This document shows positions 51,372 to 61,166 of a DNA stretch of 64,000 nt, piece by piece; the first letter of the stretch is position 1; every line of letters starts with the position of its first letter. A program made the translations under genes and the position numbers. The DNA comes from Dehalococcoidia bacterium (lineage in GTDB: Bacteria; Chloroflexota; Dehalococcoidia; Lucifugimonadales; JAGWBF01), in NCBI GenBank assembly GCA_965225925.1, contig CBDDBY010000002.1:124863-188862 (forward strand), written 5' to 3'. Under the pieces are notes generated by a model. The model saw only the letters and a program-made list of their open reading frames with translations, did not search any database and was not told where the DNA came from.

Positions 51372-53091
51372 CCTTAGCCCGAATCCACACACCGAAGGAC
51401 GTCCTTGGGGACAGCCCTTGAAGAAGCCAGAGGGTGCTCCTCTGAATCTGGGATAATGGTTTTGGAACAGAAACCCGCCCGGAAACAAGGAGCACCCAAT
51501 AGATGCTGCCACAGAACAAACCCGACCGTATCCGCATCCTCTTTGACGACCATCGCCTGGTGGCCAATGCCGGCCTGCTCCTGCCGGCCACCCTAGCCAG
51601 GCACCTGGGCCTGCGGGAACTCGTCGACCATCACCTTGACCTCGGCGGAGCGCCGGGACGGGCGAACACTGGGGACAAGATGCTGACGCTGGTCGCTTCC
51701 GCGCTGGCAGGCGGCGACTGCATCGACGCCGCCGATGCGCTGCGCGCTGGTGGGACGGTCGGTGTTCTAGGCTGCGTGGTCAAGGCGCCATCCACCCTGG
51801 GGACCTTCCTGCGCAGCTTCCGGTGGGGGCATGTCCGTCAACTCGACCGCGTGAGCCGCCAGTTGTTGGCCCGGGCCTGGGCCGCTGGGGCCGGACCCGG
51901 CGACTCGCCCCTGAGCATCGACCTGGACTCGACCATCTGCGAGACCTATGGACTGGCCAAGGAGGGAGCGCGCCACCACGGCTATACCGGCGCCCGCGGC
52001 TATCACCCGCTGCTGGCCATTGCCGCCGGCACCGGCGAGGTGCTGATGTCCCGGCTGCGCGAGGGCCGGGCCAACACCGCCCGTGGCGCCGCCCACTTCC
52101 TGCGTGAGACGGTGGGGCGGGTGCGCTACGGCGGGGCCAGGGGACAACTCACGGTGCGGGCCGACAGCGGCTTCTACGCCCACACTGTCGTTGCCGCCTG
52201 CCGGGAAATGGATGTCCGCTTCTCTATCACCATCCGCCAGCGCGCCAGCCTGCGGGACCTGATCGAGGCGATACCAGAGGAGGACTGGACTCCCATTTCC
52301 TACTGGATGGACGGCGCCGCCGATGTCGCCGAGACGACTTACACCCCGTTCCAGACCAAGCCGGACGCCGCGCCGGTGCGGCTCATTGTCCGGCGGGTGA
52401 AGCCGACACCCGGTTCCCAGCTCGCCCTCTTCGCCAGATACAGCTATCACGCCTTCATCACCGACCGCGATGGGGAGACGCTGGAACTGGAGGCCGATCA
52501 TCGCCGCCACGCCGAGGTCGAGAACGCCATACGCGACCTCAAGTACGGCGTCGGGCTGAACCACATGCCGTCGGGGCGCTTCGCCGCCAACGGCGCCTGG
52601 CTGGCGGTCCAGGTGATGGCGCATAACCTGGCCCGCTGGACGGCGCGGATTGGTCTGGGCGAGCTGACCGTGATCACCAAGACCCTCAGGCGGCGGGTCT
52701 TCGCTCTGGTGGGACGGATCACCCGCTCGGCGCGCCGCCTCACTTTGCATCTCCCCCGGCGCTGGCCTTGGGAAACCCAGTTCAGTCGCGCCTTGGCCCG
52801 GCTGCAAGCCATTCCGTTCCCGGCCTGACGGCCAGCCTGCAACTGACCCAACGTCCCCGCAATCTCGCGCCACCCCGGTCGCGAGAGTCCCCTGCTGCGT
52901 ATCCTCTCGCCATCCCGCGCATCGCAACTCTCGCATAGGGCCTTAGGGGCCCTGTGCGGCGACTGAAGACCCTCCGCCGGCCTCCCATCTACCCCAAGAC
53001 CCCAGGCCATCTCCCCTGTAGCTCCCTCACCCACCCCCTTCCGCTGCCCTCACGCCGTCCATCCGTGTCCTTCGGTGGATTCGGGCTAAGG
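51372..53091 (+). mobile_element. IS1380-family insertion sequence, apparently complete (1720 bp)
   Basis: Terminal inverted repeats CCTTAGCCCGAATCCAC(acac)CGAAGGAC at 51372 and GTCCTTCGGTGGATTCGGGCTAAGG ending at 53091. Single transposase ORF. Confidence 0.8.
51503..52828 (+). CDS. IS1380-family DDE transposase
   Basis: 441 aa. LVANAGLLLPATLARHLGL...GDKMLTLVASALAGGDCIDAADALR...IDLDSTICETYG...VRADSGFY...HAEVENAIRDLK. Confidence 0.9.
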   Translation: MLPQNKPDRIRILFDDHRLVANAGLLLPATLARHLGLRELVDHHLDLGGAPGRANTGDKMLTLVASALAGGDCIDAADALRAGGTVGVLGCVVKAPSTLGTFLRSFRWGHVRQLDRVSRQLLARAWAAGAGPGDSPLSIDLDSTICETYGLAKEGARHHGYTGARGYHPLLAIAAGTGEVLMSRLREGRANTARGAAHFLRETVGRVRYGGARGQLTVRADSGFYAHTVVAACREMDVRFSITIRQRASLRDLIEAIPEEDWTPISYWMDGAADVAETTYTPFQTKPDAAPVRLIVRRVKPTPGSQLALFARYSYHAFITDRDGETLELEADHRRHAEVENAIRDLKYGVGLNHMPSGRFAANGAWLAVQVMAHNLARWTARIGLGELTVITKTLRRRVFALVGRITRSARRLTLHLPRRWPWETQFSRALARLQAIPFPA

Positions 53092-53102
53092 GAAAGGGGA
53101 AT

Positions 53103-54002
53103 TTGGGGGACTGGCCCTCCTCCATTACAATTAGGGGCATAGAACCCACGAGGATCTGGCCATGGAGCATCACTCACAACCACCTGTCCGAATCCCTATC
53201 GGAACAGCTCAGATTGCACCGACTCGCGCTGGAATCTACGGAAGGATTCCACGAATGCGCCTACGAATTCGCCAGTCACTTACGCAGAAGCTACTTCGAG
53301 CCAAGGGACTTACAAACTTCAACCGACATAATTGAGTATATTGATAGGTGGCTACAAAAGCTGAACAGAGACCCGGGAAGCTCCGTCGAGTTCGATTACA
53401 GGGAGTATTACTTCACGGCGCCAGCATTGGAACTTTTCAGAGTAAGGCTCTCCGAACTCTCCCGTAATGGCAGAGACATTCTCGTGGATCCCTGGCCAGC
53501 GCCAGACAAAGAATGTTCCCAAGGAAAAAGTGGAGGGACGCGGTTCGAGGTTTACACAGAAGAAAGGTTACTCCAGCGTACGAACGCGATTTTCAACGGG
53601 GCCCTACGGATATACAACGACATTGTGGAACGGCGGTTCCCTGCGTTCGATAGACGAAACCAAATGAGATACACACTGCCCTTTCGGATGAGAGGTGAAC
53701 TGAGGTTGCCGGAAGCCCACGAATAAGGCGGGCGGAATAGAGCAGGTCTCACCTACTGGAACGAGCGGGCAGATGATACCGTCGACTCAGGAGTGTTTAT
53801 CGAACTTGGACCAAAGGAGCGAACTACTGGAGACGATACACGGAAGAGAATGCAGGCAGCCCATGATGAACTCATTGAGCAAGGAATGCCCTACTACAGC
53901 GGGTGGCGGGTCCTGCTTGGCCACGAACGTAGACCACCAACCAAGCTGGCACACGAATGGTTGACAGATGACCTCCAAGGTCTTCATTGGGCCAAGAGAT
54001 AA
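53103..54002 (+). pseudogene. Unknown ~300-codon ORF interrupted by a single in-frame TAA
   Basis: ORFs 53103-53726 and 53793-54002 are in the same frame. The only stop between them is TAA at 53724-53726, and the 66 nt between the ORFs are also open. AT-richer than the core. No family recognised. Confidence 0.4.
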
Positions 54003-54356
54003 CAGCCAGTCACCCCAGTTCCAATACACCAAAAGGAGCGATCAGGCACTCGACTGCATGAAAACGTCATCCCCTTCTCAAACCGCTGCCCTGATCTTGA
54101 ACGGTATCCCCGAATGTCATGGGCACCGCGCCCAGCCAAAGGCAAGGCCCAACTTCAGAAGAAGAGCCCAGCCCCCGCACCGCTGCCCCAACTCACCAAG
54201 AGGGGGGCCACCAGACGCGACGCAACCGCGCCCAAGCAGATGCCTCCCACACGCAGGCTTCAACCTGCTGACCCCCGGCGGCAGACGATGGGCCTAAGTT
54301 GACGATAAGACAGAACTATCTTCGATCTGTGGCTAGGAGCATTGTAGCGGCATTCG

Positions 54357-54873
54357 TCATTCCGCCCTTGTCATTTGGCATCTACCCAGGAGGCCGGGGG
54401 CAAAATTGAGCCACCTTCTATTTGCGCTTCGAGGTCCCAGCACGAGCCTCTTCAGTGCCGATAGACGATCGCCTTTGCCTCTTCCTATTTCAGTAAAGAC
54501 ATCTTCTGCCGAGAGGGTGATTTCGACCGCTGCTAGTTCTGCACTAGATAGGTCGTGGATGTACTCATCGTCCTTGGGATTGCTGACATTAATCTCAATT
54601 ATGAGAGGCCCTCCCCTTCTGCGAACGCGTTCTATCCCCCGCTCCGGCCACGGATCACGCACGATTTGCGTCGTCGCTAGAACGTCAACCCTTCTGTTTA
54701 TCTTTTCTATCAGCACTTCAGATTCGCATCTCAGTAACCGGCATCGAAACTCGCCCCTGCTTCCTCCAATCTCAAATTCTGGAACACGGGGCAAGAATAT
54801 GGTCTTACCGCTGGATACCCGTAGTATTTCTTTCGCTGCCTTGTGAATCGTGCCTTCTGCGCACCCTCTGAGG
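54357..54873 (-). pseudogene. CoiA-like PD-(D/E)XK nuclease, C-terminal part (split by IS3)
   Basis: HKAAKEIL...RRVDVLA...LIIEINVSNP resembles the CoiA nuclease core (D...EIQxS). The frame is open right up to the IS3 left end. Confidence 0.45.
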
Positions 54874-54942
54874 TGGTACCCAAAAACTAGACAACTGGCT
54901 AAGAGAGAGTCCAGCTCCTAAAATAACCGGCAACTAACCGAC

Positions 54943-55242
54943 GTGAAGGAGCAGGACATGAAGCAGACGAGGAATAAGCACAGTCCGGCGTTCAAGGCCA
55001 AGGTGGCCCTGGCCGCCCTTGCGGGGGAAGAGACCATCGCCCAGCTGGCCAGCCGATTTGAGGTCCATCCCAGTCAGATTCACGCCTGGAAAAGGGCCCT
55101 GGTGGAAGGAGCCCCGGAGCTATTTGCCACCAATCAGAAATCCCAGGAGAAAGCCAAGGAAGCTCAGATTAACCACCTCTACCGGCACATCGGCCAGCTG
55201 AAGGTGGAACGCGATTTTTTGTCGGAAAGGTCCGGTCTATGA
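54943..55242 (+). CDS. IS3-family transposase OrfA (HTH)
   Basis: [40 protein letters not shown] plus a leucine-zipper-like tail. Confidence 0.9.
   Translation: MKEQDMKQTRNKHSPAFKAKVALAALAGEETIAQLASRFEVHPSQIHAWKRALVEGAPELFATNQKSQEKAKEAQINHLYRHIGQLKVERDFLSERSGL
55215..55221 (+). promoter_or_regulatory. Putative -1 programmed ribosomal frameshift heptamer T-TTT-TTG
   Basis: X-XXY-YYZ heptamer in the orfA frame, 21 nt before the orfA stop. orfB is in the -1 frame. Confidence 0.6.
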
Positions 55243-56174
55243 GTCGCAGCATACGGCGAGCCATGATAGACCGAGACCACCAGCAGCTGTCTTTGGTGCG
55301 TCAATGTATCCTGCTGGACGTCAGCCGGGCCTCGGTGTACTACCGGCCGGTACCGACCAGGGCAGAAGACCTGGAGTTGATGGCCCTGATGGACCGTCAG
55401 TATTTGAAGACCCCCTTCTACGGCTCCAGGAAGATGAAGGCCTGGCTGCTGCAACAGGGCTATCTGGTGAGCCGAAAAAGGGTTCGAAGGCTGATGCGGT
55501 TGATGGGTCTGGAAGCCATCTGCCGGCGTCCCAACACCAGCAAACCAGCGCCGGGACACCGGATCTTTCCCTATCTGCTGAAGGGAGTGGAGGTTAATCG
55601 GGTCGACCAGGTCTGGGCCGCGGACATCACCTACATCCCCATGGCGAAGGGCTTCCTGTACCTGGTGGCCATCATGGACTGGCACAGCCGGCACGTGCTG
55701 GCCTGGAAGCTCTCCAACACCATGGACACCAGCTTCTGCGTGGCGGCGTTGGAGGAAGCCCTGGATAAGGGACGACCGGAGATATTCAACACCGACCAGG
55801 GGAGTCAGTTCACCAGTGAGGCCTTTACCCAGACGTTGCAGGAGCAGAGGGTCCAGGTCAGCATGAATGGTAAGGGTAGGTACCTGGACAACATCTTCGT
55901 GGAGCGGCTGTGGCGGAGCATCAAGTACGAGGAGGTGTATCTGAAAGCTTACCAGACCGTCGCCGAGGCCCGAACTGGGATCAATGCCTACCTGGAGTTC
56001 TACAACCGGCAGAGGCCTCACCAGGCTTTGGGCTACCGGACCCCAGCAGAGGTGTACCAACATGGCCAGGAAGAAAGGGGAGCAGCAGCTGAAGAAGCAG
56101 GGCTGCCATCGGGCTTGGTGAAACCTAGCGCAGGGGTGGGAGACTCTCTTAATTTAGCCCTCGTGCTGTCTTAA
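55239..56174 (+). CDS. IS3-family transposase OrfB (DDE integrase core; probably expressed as an OrfAB fusion)
   Basis: [19 protein letters not shown] and [17 protein letters not shown] give the D, D, E triad. C-terminal [19 protein letters not shown]. Confidence 0.9.
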   Translation: MSRSIRRAMIDRDHQQLSLVRQCILLDVSRASVYYRPVPTRAEDLELMALMDRQYLKTPFYGSRKMKAWLLQQGYLVSRKRVRRLMRLMGLEAICRRPNTSKPAPGHRIFPYLLKGVEVNRVDQVWAADITYIPMAKGFLYLVAIMDWHSRHVLAWKLSNTMDTSFCVAALEEALDKGRPEIFNTDQGSQFTSEAFTQTLQEQRVQVSMNGKGRYLDNIFVERLWRSIKYEEVYLKAYQTVAEARTGINAYLEFYNRQRPHQALGYRTPAEVYQHGQEERGAAAEEAGLPSGLVKPSAGVGDSLNLALVLS

Positions 56175-56186
56175 TAATGGGGTCCA

Positions 56187-56378
56187 CCTTACTCCTCCCT
56201 TTCCGTTCCCAAAGCTCTCAGCGACATGGGCGCAATGCCAAACAACCGACTTGCCTTGCTTTGCCACAAGCCCTGAGCCACACACAGGGCATACACATCT
56301 GCACTCCAGACCTCTAGGGACGTCATAGGCGTTTCGCCAAGTTCCGTCTGAATGCAATCCGAAGGGAACCTTGTTCAT
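56187..56378 (-). pseudogene. CoiA-like nuclease, N-terminal zinc-finger part (split by IS3)
   Basis: CVCPVCGSGLVAKQGKSVVWHCAH matches the CoiA N-terminal CPxC...HFAH finger. Removing the 1313-bp IS restores one reading frame with 54357-54873. Confidence 0.45.
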
Positions 56379-56471
56379 GCGACCCTTGTTCCACTCCTCT
56401 GCTGTTGTTCATTGTAAGTGTAGCGGCTATAGTTTTGACATGCAATGAAACTTAACATACGACTTGCCATC

Positions 56472-56500
56472 TTGCGCTTGGCATTACTTCAGGTTATAGT
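56472..56500 (+). promoter_or_regulatory. Candidate promoter (TTGCGC-N17-TATAGT) for the vapBC pair
   Basis: Hexamers read directly, 42 nt upstream of the antitoxin ATG. Confidence 0.35.
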
Positions 56501-56541
56501 GTAAGGACACAGTTGCACAGTGATGTGGAGGAGTGATTGCC

Positions 56542-56796
56542 ATGTTCGAATCCAGCATAACCATCAAGGGCCAGACAACGTTGCCCAAGGCCGTCAGAGA
56601 CTCGTTGGCGGTGAAGGCAGGAGACAAGGTTCGCTATGTCATCGTGGACGAGGGAGTGCTGATCATGCCGGTACGGCCCACCAGCCGTCTCTTCCGCAGC
56701 TTAAAGTATGACGGACCGTCCGTGAGCTTGGAAGAGATGGACAGTGCCGCCGCAGAGGGAGCAATCGAAAGATGGAAGCAGTCGACGCAAACGTGA
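56542..56796 (+). CDS. AbrB/SpoVT-type antitoxin (VapB-like)
   Basis: ITIKGQTTLPKAVRDSLAVKAGDKVRYVI is a swapped-hairpin AbrB fold motif. GGAGGAG RBS. Overlaps the PIN gene by 25 nt. Confidence 0.75.
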   Translation: MFESSITIKGQTTLPKAVRDSLAVKAGDKVRYVIVDEGVLIMPVRPTSRLFRSLKYDGPSVSLEEMDSAAAEGAIERWKQSTQT

Positions 56797-57191
56797 TCCT
56801 ACGGTATCTCGTAGGTGACAACCCTGAACAGGAAACTGCGGCCCGCACCCTAATGGATGGATTGACACCTAGCAATCCGGGCTTCATCTGCCGTGAGGTC
56901 GTTATAGAGGTGGCCTGGGTACTAGAGAGGAGCTACCGCTTCACGCGATCCCGGGTCGCCGAGGCATTGATGGACTTGACGGCCTCGGACAGCCTCGTGG
57001 TGGAGAATTCGGATGATGTGGCCGCTGCCGCGCACCGCTACCGCCAGGGAGGCATTGGCCTGTCGGACCTTATGATCCTTTCCGCAGCTGAGCGGGAGGG
57101 AGCCATACCATTGCACACCTTCGACCGCAGGCTTGCCCGTATGGAAGGGGCAGTCCTGGTAGGACACTGGACAGGTGGAGAGTCGCCGTGA
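56772..57191 (+). CDS. PIN-domain toxin (VapC-like)
   Basis: VDANVILRYL (first Asp), internal E and LSDLMILSAAEREG...LHTFDRRL give the PIN acidic quartet pattern. Confidence 0.8.
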   Translation: MEAVDANVILRYLVGDNPEQETAARTLMDGLTPSNPGFICREVVIEVAWVLERSYRFTRSRVAEALMDLTASDSLVVENSDDVAAAAHRYRQGGIGLSDLMILSAAEREGAIPLHTFDRRLARMEGAVLVGHWTGGESP

Positions 57192-57297
57192 AGGTCTCAC
57201 ACGCTCAAAATAGAGGGGGGCAACAACGCCAACCAGTAGCGCGTGGTCTCGTCGGTCCCAATTGGCCCACGGGCGCGAGCAATTGCCAGGAGTTTTG

Positions 57298-58165
57298 ATG
57301 CCACGTCAGACGGAGCCAAGTGCCAACAACGCTTTGGGCGGCCTGCTCCAGGTCATGATGCCCAAGAGTCAAGTGCGTTCCGAGAATACCAGGGCCATCG
57401 CCGGGCATCCGGGCTTGCGCCCCGACATTCTGATTACCGCATCCGACCGTGCGCCCGTCGTGGTCGAGGCAGAATACATGCCCGCCGCGACGGTGGAGGC
57501 CGAAGCCAGAGAACGACTCGGCCTGGAGGTGGCGGCCAACGGGCGCATCATTGAAGTTGCCATCGCGCTACGCTATGCGGAGAGCGTCAGCGAGGCCCAC
57601 GACCTTCGCATTGCCCTGTCTGAAACTGCCCTGTCGTATTGCGTCTTCACGGAAAGTACGGCGGAAGTCATCCGCTTCCCAGAGTCGGGCTGGTTGGAGG
57701 GCTCTCTCGACGACCTTGCTGACATGGTGCGCTTGGTTTCTGTGCCACAGCGTGCTGTGGACGAGGCGGCTACCACTCTTCAAGAAGGCATCGACGGGGC
57801 GGCGAAGCTGCTGGACGAGATAAACGAGACTCGCACTAGCATCACCGCAGCCATTGCCCGGCTTCTTGGCATGTCCAATGTGCCTCAGACCCGCCGAATG
57901 GCCTGCGCAATCATCGCCAACGCCCTGGTGTTCCACGAGCGCATTGCTGGGATGCACGACAGCGTGAAGCCCCTGGCATTGGTGTGCGGAGAGGGGATCC
58001 CGAACCCGCAAGGCGATGTGCTGACCGCCTGGGATGACATCCTGAAGATCAACTACTGGGCCATCTTTGCCATTGCGAAGGACATATTGGAGCAAGTTGG
58101 ACGCAGGGGATGCGGCGAGGGTACTAAGGCGGCTGCGGGAGACCGCCCAAGCAGTCCACACTACG
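57298..58165 (+). pseudogene. Unknown protein with N-terminal PD-(D/E)XK-like motif; frameshifted and 3'-truncated
   Basis: RPDILITASDRAPVVVEAEYMP (D...E-x-E/K-like). GGAG RBS before the ATG at 57298. The reading frame switches near 58095 (ILEQ / LDAGDAARVLRRLRETAQAV). Coding signal ends about 58165, where a convergent remnant starts. Confidence 0.4.
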
Positions 58166-58539
58166 GGTCCCTCGTCGGGCAAGCTTGGGTCCAAGAGACC
58201 GATGCCTGGGCTCACACTCGTTTGGCAGGCTTGGAGAAGAGAGTGTGCATGGATATCCAGTGTCTCCAGAAGGTAACCCAGGCGCTTGAAGCTCGTGCGG
58301 TTGCCAACCCGCCGCACGTAATCCTCAAGAAGAGTGTCGTCACGGTGCTCGCCCCTGAAGTAAGTGTGCACCACGTCGGCGATGTGGCGAATGCCTCCCC
58401 CCAGCGTTGGGTCGTCGAGGGCATCGACGATCGTACGCGAAGGATCAGACACATATACTCTAGTCCCCGGTTTATGCTGTGTGGGGGGGTCCGTTACCCT
58501 AAAAACAAACGGAACCCCGCCGAGAAACAGGTATGAGCC
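58150..58539 (-). pseudogene. AbiEi-family (type IV TA antitoxin) C-terminal domain remnant
   Basis: VYVSDPSRTIVDALDDPTLGGGIRHIADVVHTY...LLEDYVRRVGNRTSFKRLGYLLETL...LLDPSLPDEGP matches the AbiEi C-terminal domain. No recognisable wHTH N-terminus, own stop codon or AbiEii partner. Confidence 0.5.
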
Positions 58540-58823
58540 TCTCCTTCCGTCGGCCTCCCGGTCGACGGCGGTTAAGACCGCTCCCGCGCATGCTGACGCC
58601 CTTGACCGCCAGACCTTCAGCCAACGTTGAAGGGTGGAGGCCAGGTCCAGAGTGAGTCTCCTCTTATTGGCTTCCTTGCCTGCCGCTTCCCCAGACGGAC
58701 CATCTGACGCAGAAGAGGGCGAAGAAGAGGAATCAATGCCCCACCGGAAAATGGGCAACAGAAAAGGGCCGCACACATGAACCGAGCGGGCTGAAACGCA
58801 AAAAGCCCGCACACATGGCCGTG

Positions 58824-58864
58824 CAGGGGGAGGCCATCGCTGACGTAGCGACGACCTCCCCCTG
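58824..58864. terminator. Strong hairpin just 3' of the helicase fragment (perfect 10-bp stem)
   Basis: CAGGGGGAGG-(21 nt with an inner TCGCT/AGCGA stem)-CCTCCCCCTG. A second small GCGGGC/GCCCGC hairpin with a T run follows on the minus strand. Confidence 0.4.
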
Positions 58865-58875
58865 TGTGTTGCGGC

Positions 58876-59580
58876 CTAGCGTCCCGCGCCGACCAACTCC
58901 TCCTCCCGCTCCTGTTCCACGGTCAGCGCCCACTCGAACATCGAGAGGGTGGCGGGCTGAGCCTTGCGCTTGCGGCCCTTGGGCTTCACCGGCTCCTCGG
59001 CCATAAACTCCGCCCAGGAGAACAGCGACTGCTGCGGCTCCGGGGCCTCGTCGTGGTGGCCATTGACCGGGACTGCCGCGTGTCCGTTCCCGTTGGCGTG
59101 GCGACCGTTGCCCAGCGCCAGCTCGACCGTCGGCCCGATGCCGTCAGCGTGGTGACCGTTGCCGTTGCGGTACGTCTCTACGACTGTAGGCTCGACCTCG
59201 ACCGCCTTCCACCCTTCGTCCACCAGGTACTCCTTGGCGCTGGCCTCGGCGTCCCTGGCCTGGGCGAAGACCGCCTCCACCGTCTCGTCCTCCTCCTCGT
59301 TCCCGCTGACGATCTTCCGGGCCAGCGCCATCATCAGGTCGTCGCCGTCGTCTCCGTAGGCGGCCAGCCCGTCCTCCGGCAGCTCGCCCTCGACGGCGAG
59401 GGAGTTTTGCAGCTTCTTCGCCACCAGCTTCAGGGCGTCGGCCTGGAGGGTGTTCTTGTAGCTCATGAACACCACCTTGACCGGGCGGGTCTGCCCGATG
59501 CGCCACGACCGGCGCGACGCCTGTCGCATGACGTAGACGCTGTAATCGGACTCCGTTCTGCAATCGACACAACATCCTCA
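58876..59580 (-). pseudogene. SNF2/SF2 helicase, C-terminal fragment only
   Basis: Starts inside helicase motif VI (YVMRQASRRSWRIGQTRPVKVVF). No upstream helicase motifs. The frame opens only after a TGA near 59583, where recombinase-related sequence begins. Confidence 0.6.
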
Positions 59581-60840
59581 GTCGGGATGGCCAGAGTCAG
59601 GTTGACTTTGTTGTGCCGGTCGATGGTCGCCCCGTCCAGAAGGAGCTCAAGCACCTCCCTGCGCCCCTTGTCAGACAGGTTGTCCAGCCTGTCCCCGGCC
59701 CGCCGAGTCCATTCGACGATGTGCTCGGCCAACGCCCGCTTCTCCGCCTGCGCCGATTCCCGAGCGCGGTGGTCGTCCAGCACTTTCCGCAGAGTCTCCA
59801 ACCGCTCGGTGATGAACTTGCGCTGGTGGTCAAGCTGCTTCTCGGTGATCTTTCCCGACACGAAGAGCCTGATGGCCCGGTCCTCCTCCATTTTGGACCT
59901 TTTGCAGGTCCCGCTCAGCCCTGGCGATATCGCCGGCCAATCCGCCGCCGTCTGCCTGGCAATCCATGGCCTCGATGCTGGCGACGATCAGGCCAGGGTT
60001 CTCCAGCAACCTCTTGACCTCGCCCCAGACCACTTCTTCAAGCCGTTCCGCCCTGATATGCGAGTGCTCCCGACATTTCACGCCCTCGTTCAGCATCCCG
60101 TAGCAGTTGTAGTAGCGTCGGGGAGTGTCCAGATCGTAGATATAATCCTTGCCTTTTCGCCTGGAGGTCTGGCGTCTATTGGCCTGGCAGCCCATGAGAT
60201 ACCCGCACTCGGCGCACCTGACCAGATGCTGCAAGAGATAGAAGAGCTTGGTGTTGCGGCCCGAACGGGTCAACCGCTGTTTCTTGGCCTCCTGCGCCTG
60301 CTCCCATATCTCATCGTCCACCACCGGCGGGAAGGGAACCCCGACCCACTCGTCCTCGGGCCGGGCGTATCTCCTCGTCCCGTGCTCGGTGGCGACATGG
60401 CGGACCTTGCCGAACCACCAAGTGCCCCCTGTAAGCCTCGTGCCTCAAGATGCGAATGACGGTGCCGTCGTACCACTTTCCGACGGCCCTGGGCGTGGGT
60501 ACGCCCTCGGCGGTCAGCAGCTTGGCGATGACCCGAGCCCCCATCCCCTCGCGGACGTACATGCGGAAGACGCGGCGGACGACCTCGGCCTCGGCTTCCT
60601 CAACCACCGGCCTGCGGCCCTCTCCGAGCCTGTACCCGTAGGGGACGTTGTTGACGGGGATGCGGCCCTGCTTGGCCGCGCCGCGCTTGCCCATCGAGGC
60701 CCTCTCCCTGAAGTTGTCCAGCTCGATCTTGCCGATGGCCGCCATCAGGCCGAAGGTCTTCATGTCGATGGCGTCCATGACCGCCTCCAGCCCTGTCGGG
60801 AGCGGGTCTGCGAGTAGTACAATTACTTCGCATCACTTGC
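59463..60840 (-). pseudogene. Large serine recombinase remnant (N-terminally truncated, two frameshifts)
   Basis: Three consecutive ORFs cover the end of the resolvase domain plus the recombinase domain (FRERASMGK...PYGYRL...VVRRVFRMY...ILRHEAYRG), the zinc-ribbon (LVRCAECGY...YYNCYG) and the coiled coil (ITEKQLDHQRKF...). Frame switches occur at a C5 run (60425-60429) and an A4 run (~59893). The catalytic Ser region is absent. Confidence 0.8.
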
Positions 60841-61004
60841 TCCAACAGGTGGCGCCACGGCCCGGGATGTTTGCTGCATCGCCGGGCCAACTTTCTAGCC
60901 ACCATTTTACCCCACTCGGCGGGGCAGCGTCAAAGCGCGTCTCCGTGCGTTAGTCCGGCTGACGCATTGGCTCCGCGCAGCGGTGTCGCACGATGGAGCC
61001 ATCG

Positions 61005-61166
61005 TCAGTTCTGTCTCCCGTCGCACCATTCACAGAGCTTGTCTGGTTGCGACTCGTTGCACCCGCAACGCTTCTTGACGTTGTTGCCCTGGGGACAATC
61101 AGAGTAGATGTGATACCTGTTATCAGAGTCGTGTAGCGCGGAGTGATACTGGTCTATTTTGCTCAT
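61005..61166 (-). CDS. Small Cys/His-rich protein (53 aa)
   Basis: MSKIDQYHSALHDSDNRYHIYSDCPQGNNVKKR..CGCNESQPDKLCEWC. AAGGTGG RBS. Its ATG overlaps the upstream gene's TGA (ATGA). Confidence 0.5.
   Translation of the reverse strand: MSKIDQYHSALHDSDNRYHIYSDCPQGNNVKKRCGCNESQPDKLCEWCDGRQN

Larger units (their letters stand above)
54874..56186 (+). mobile_element. IS3-family insertion sequence (1313 bp)
   Basis: Imperfect ~45-bp terminal inverted repeats starting TGGTACCC... and ending ...GGGGTCCA (TG/CA termini). orfA/orfB arrangement with a -1 frameshift site. Confidence 0.85.

Noticed and set aside
54868-56192. Target-site duplication flanking the IS3 element
   Set aside because: The flanking triplets are AGG (left) and CCT (right), which are inverted rather than direct. 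They may be part of the terminal inverted repeat, so no TSD is claimed.
57568-58812. 414-aa minus-strand ORF as a single gene
   Set aside because: Only residues ~92-218 resemble AbiEi. The rest is antisense to a better-looking plus-strand ORF or is low-complexity sequence.
58864-60459. 531-aa plus-strand ORF spanning the helicase and recombinase region
   Set aside because: The minus strand carries recognisable helicase motif VI and serine-recombinase domains. The plus-strand translation is Leu/Arg/Val-rich with no motifs.
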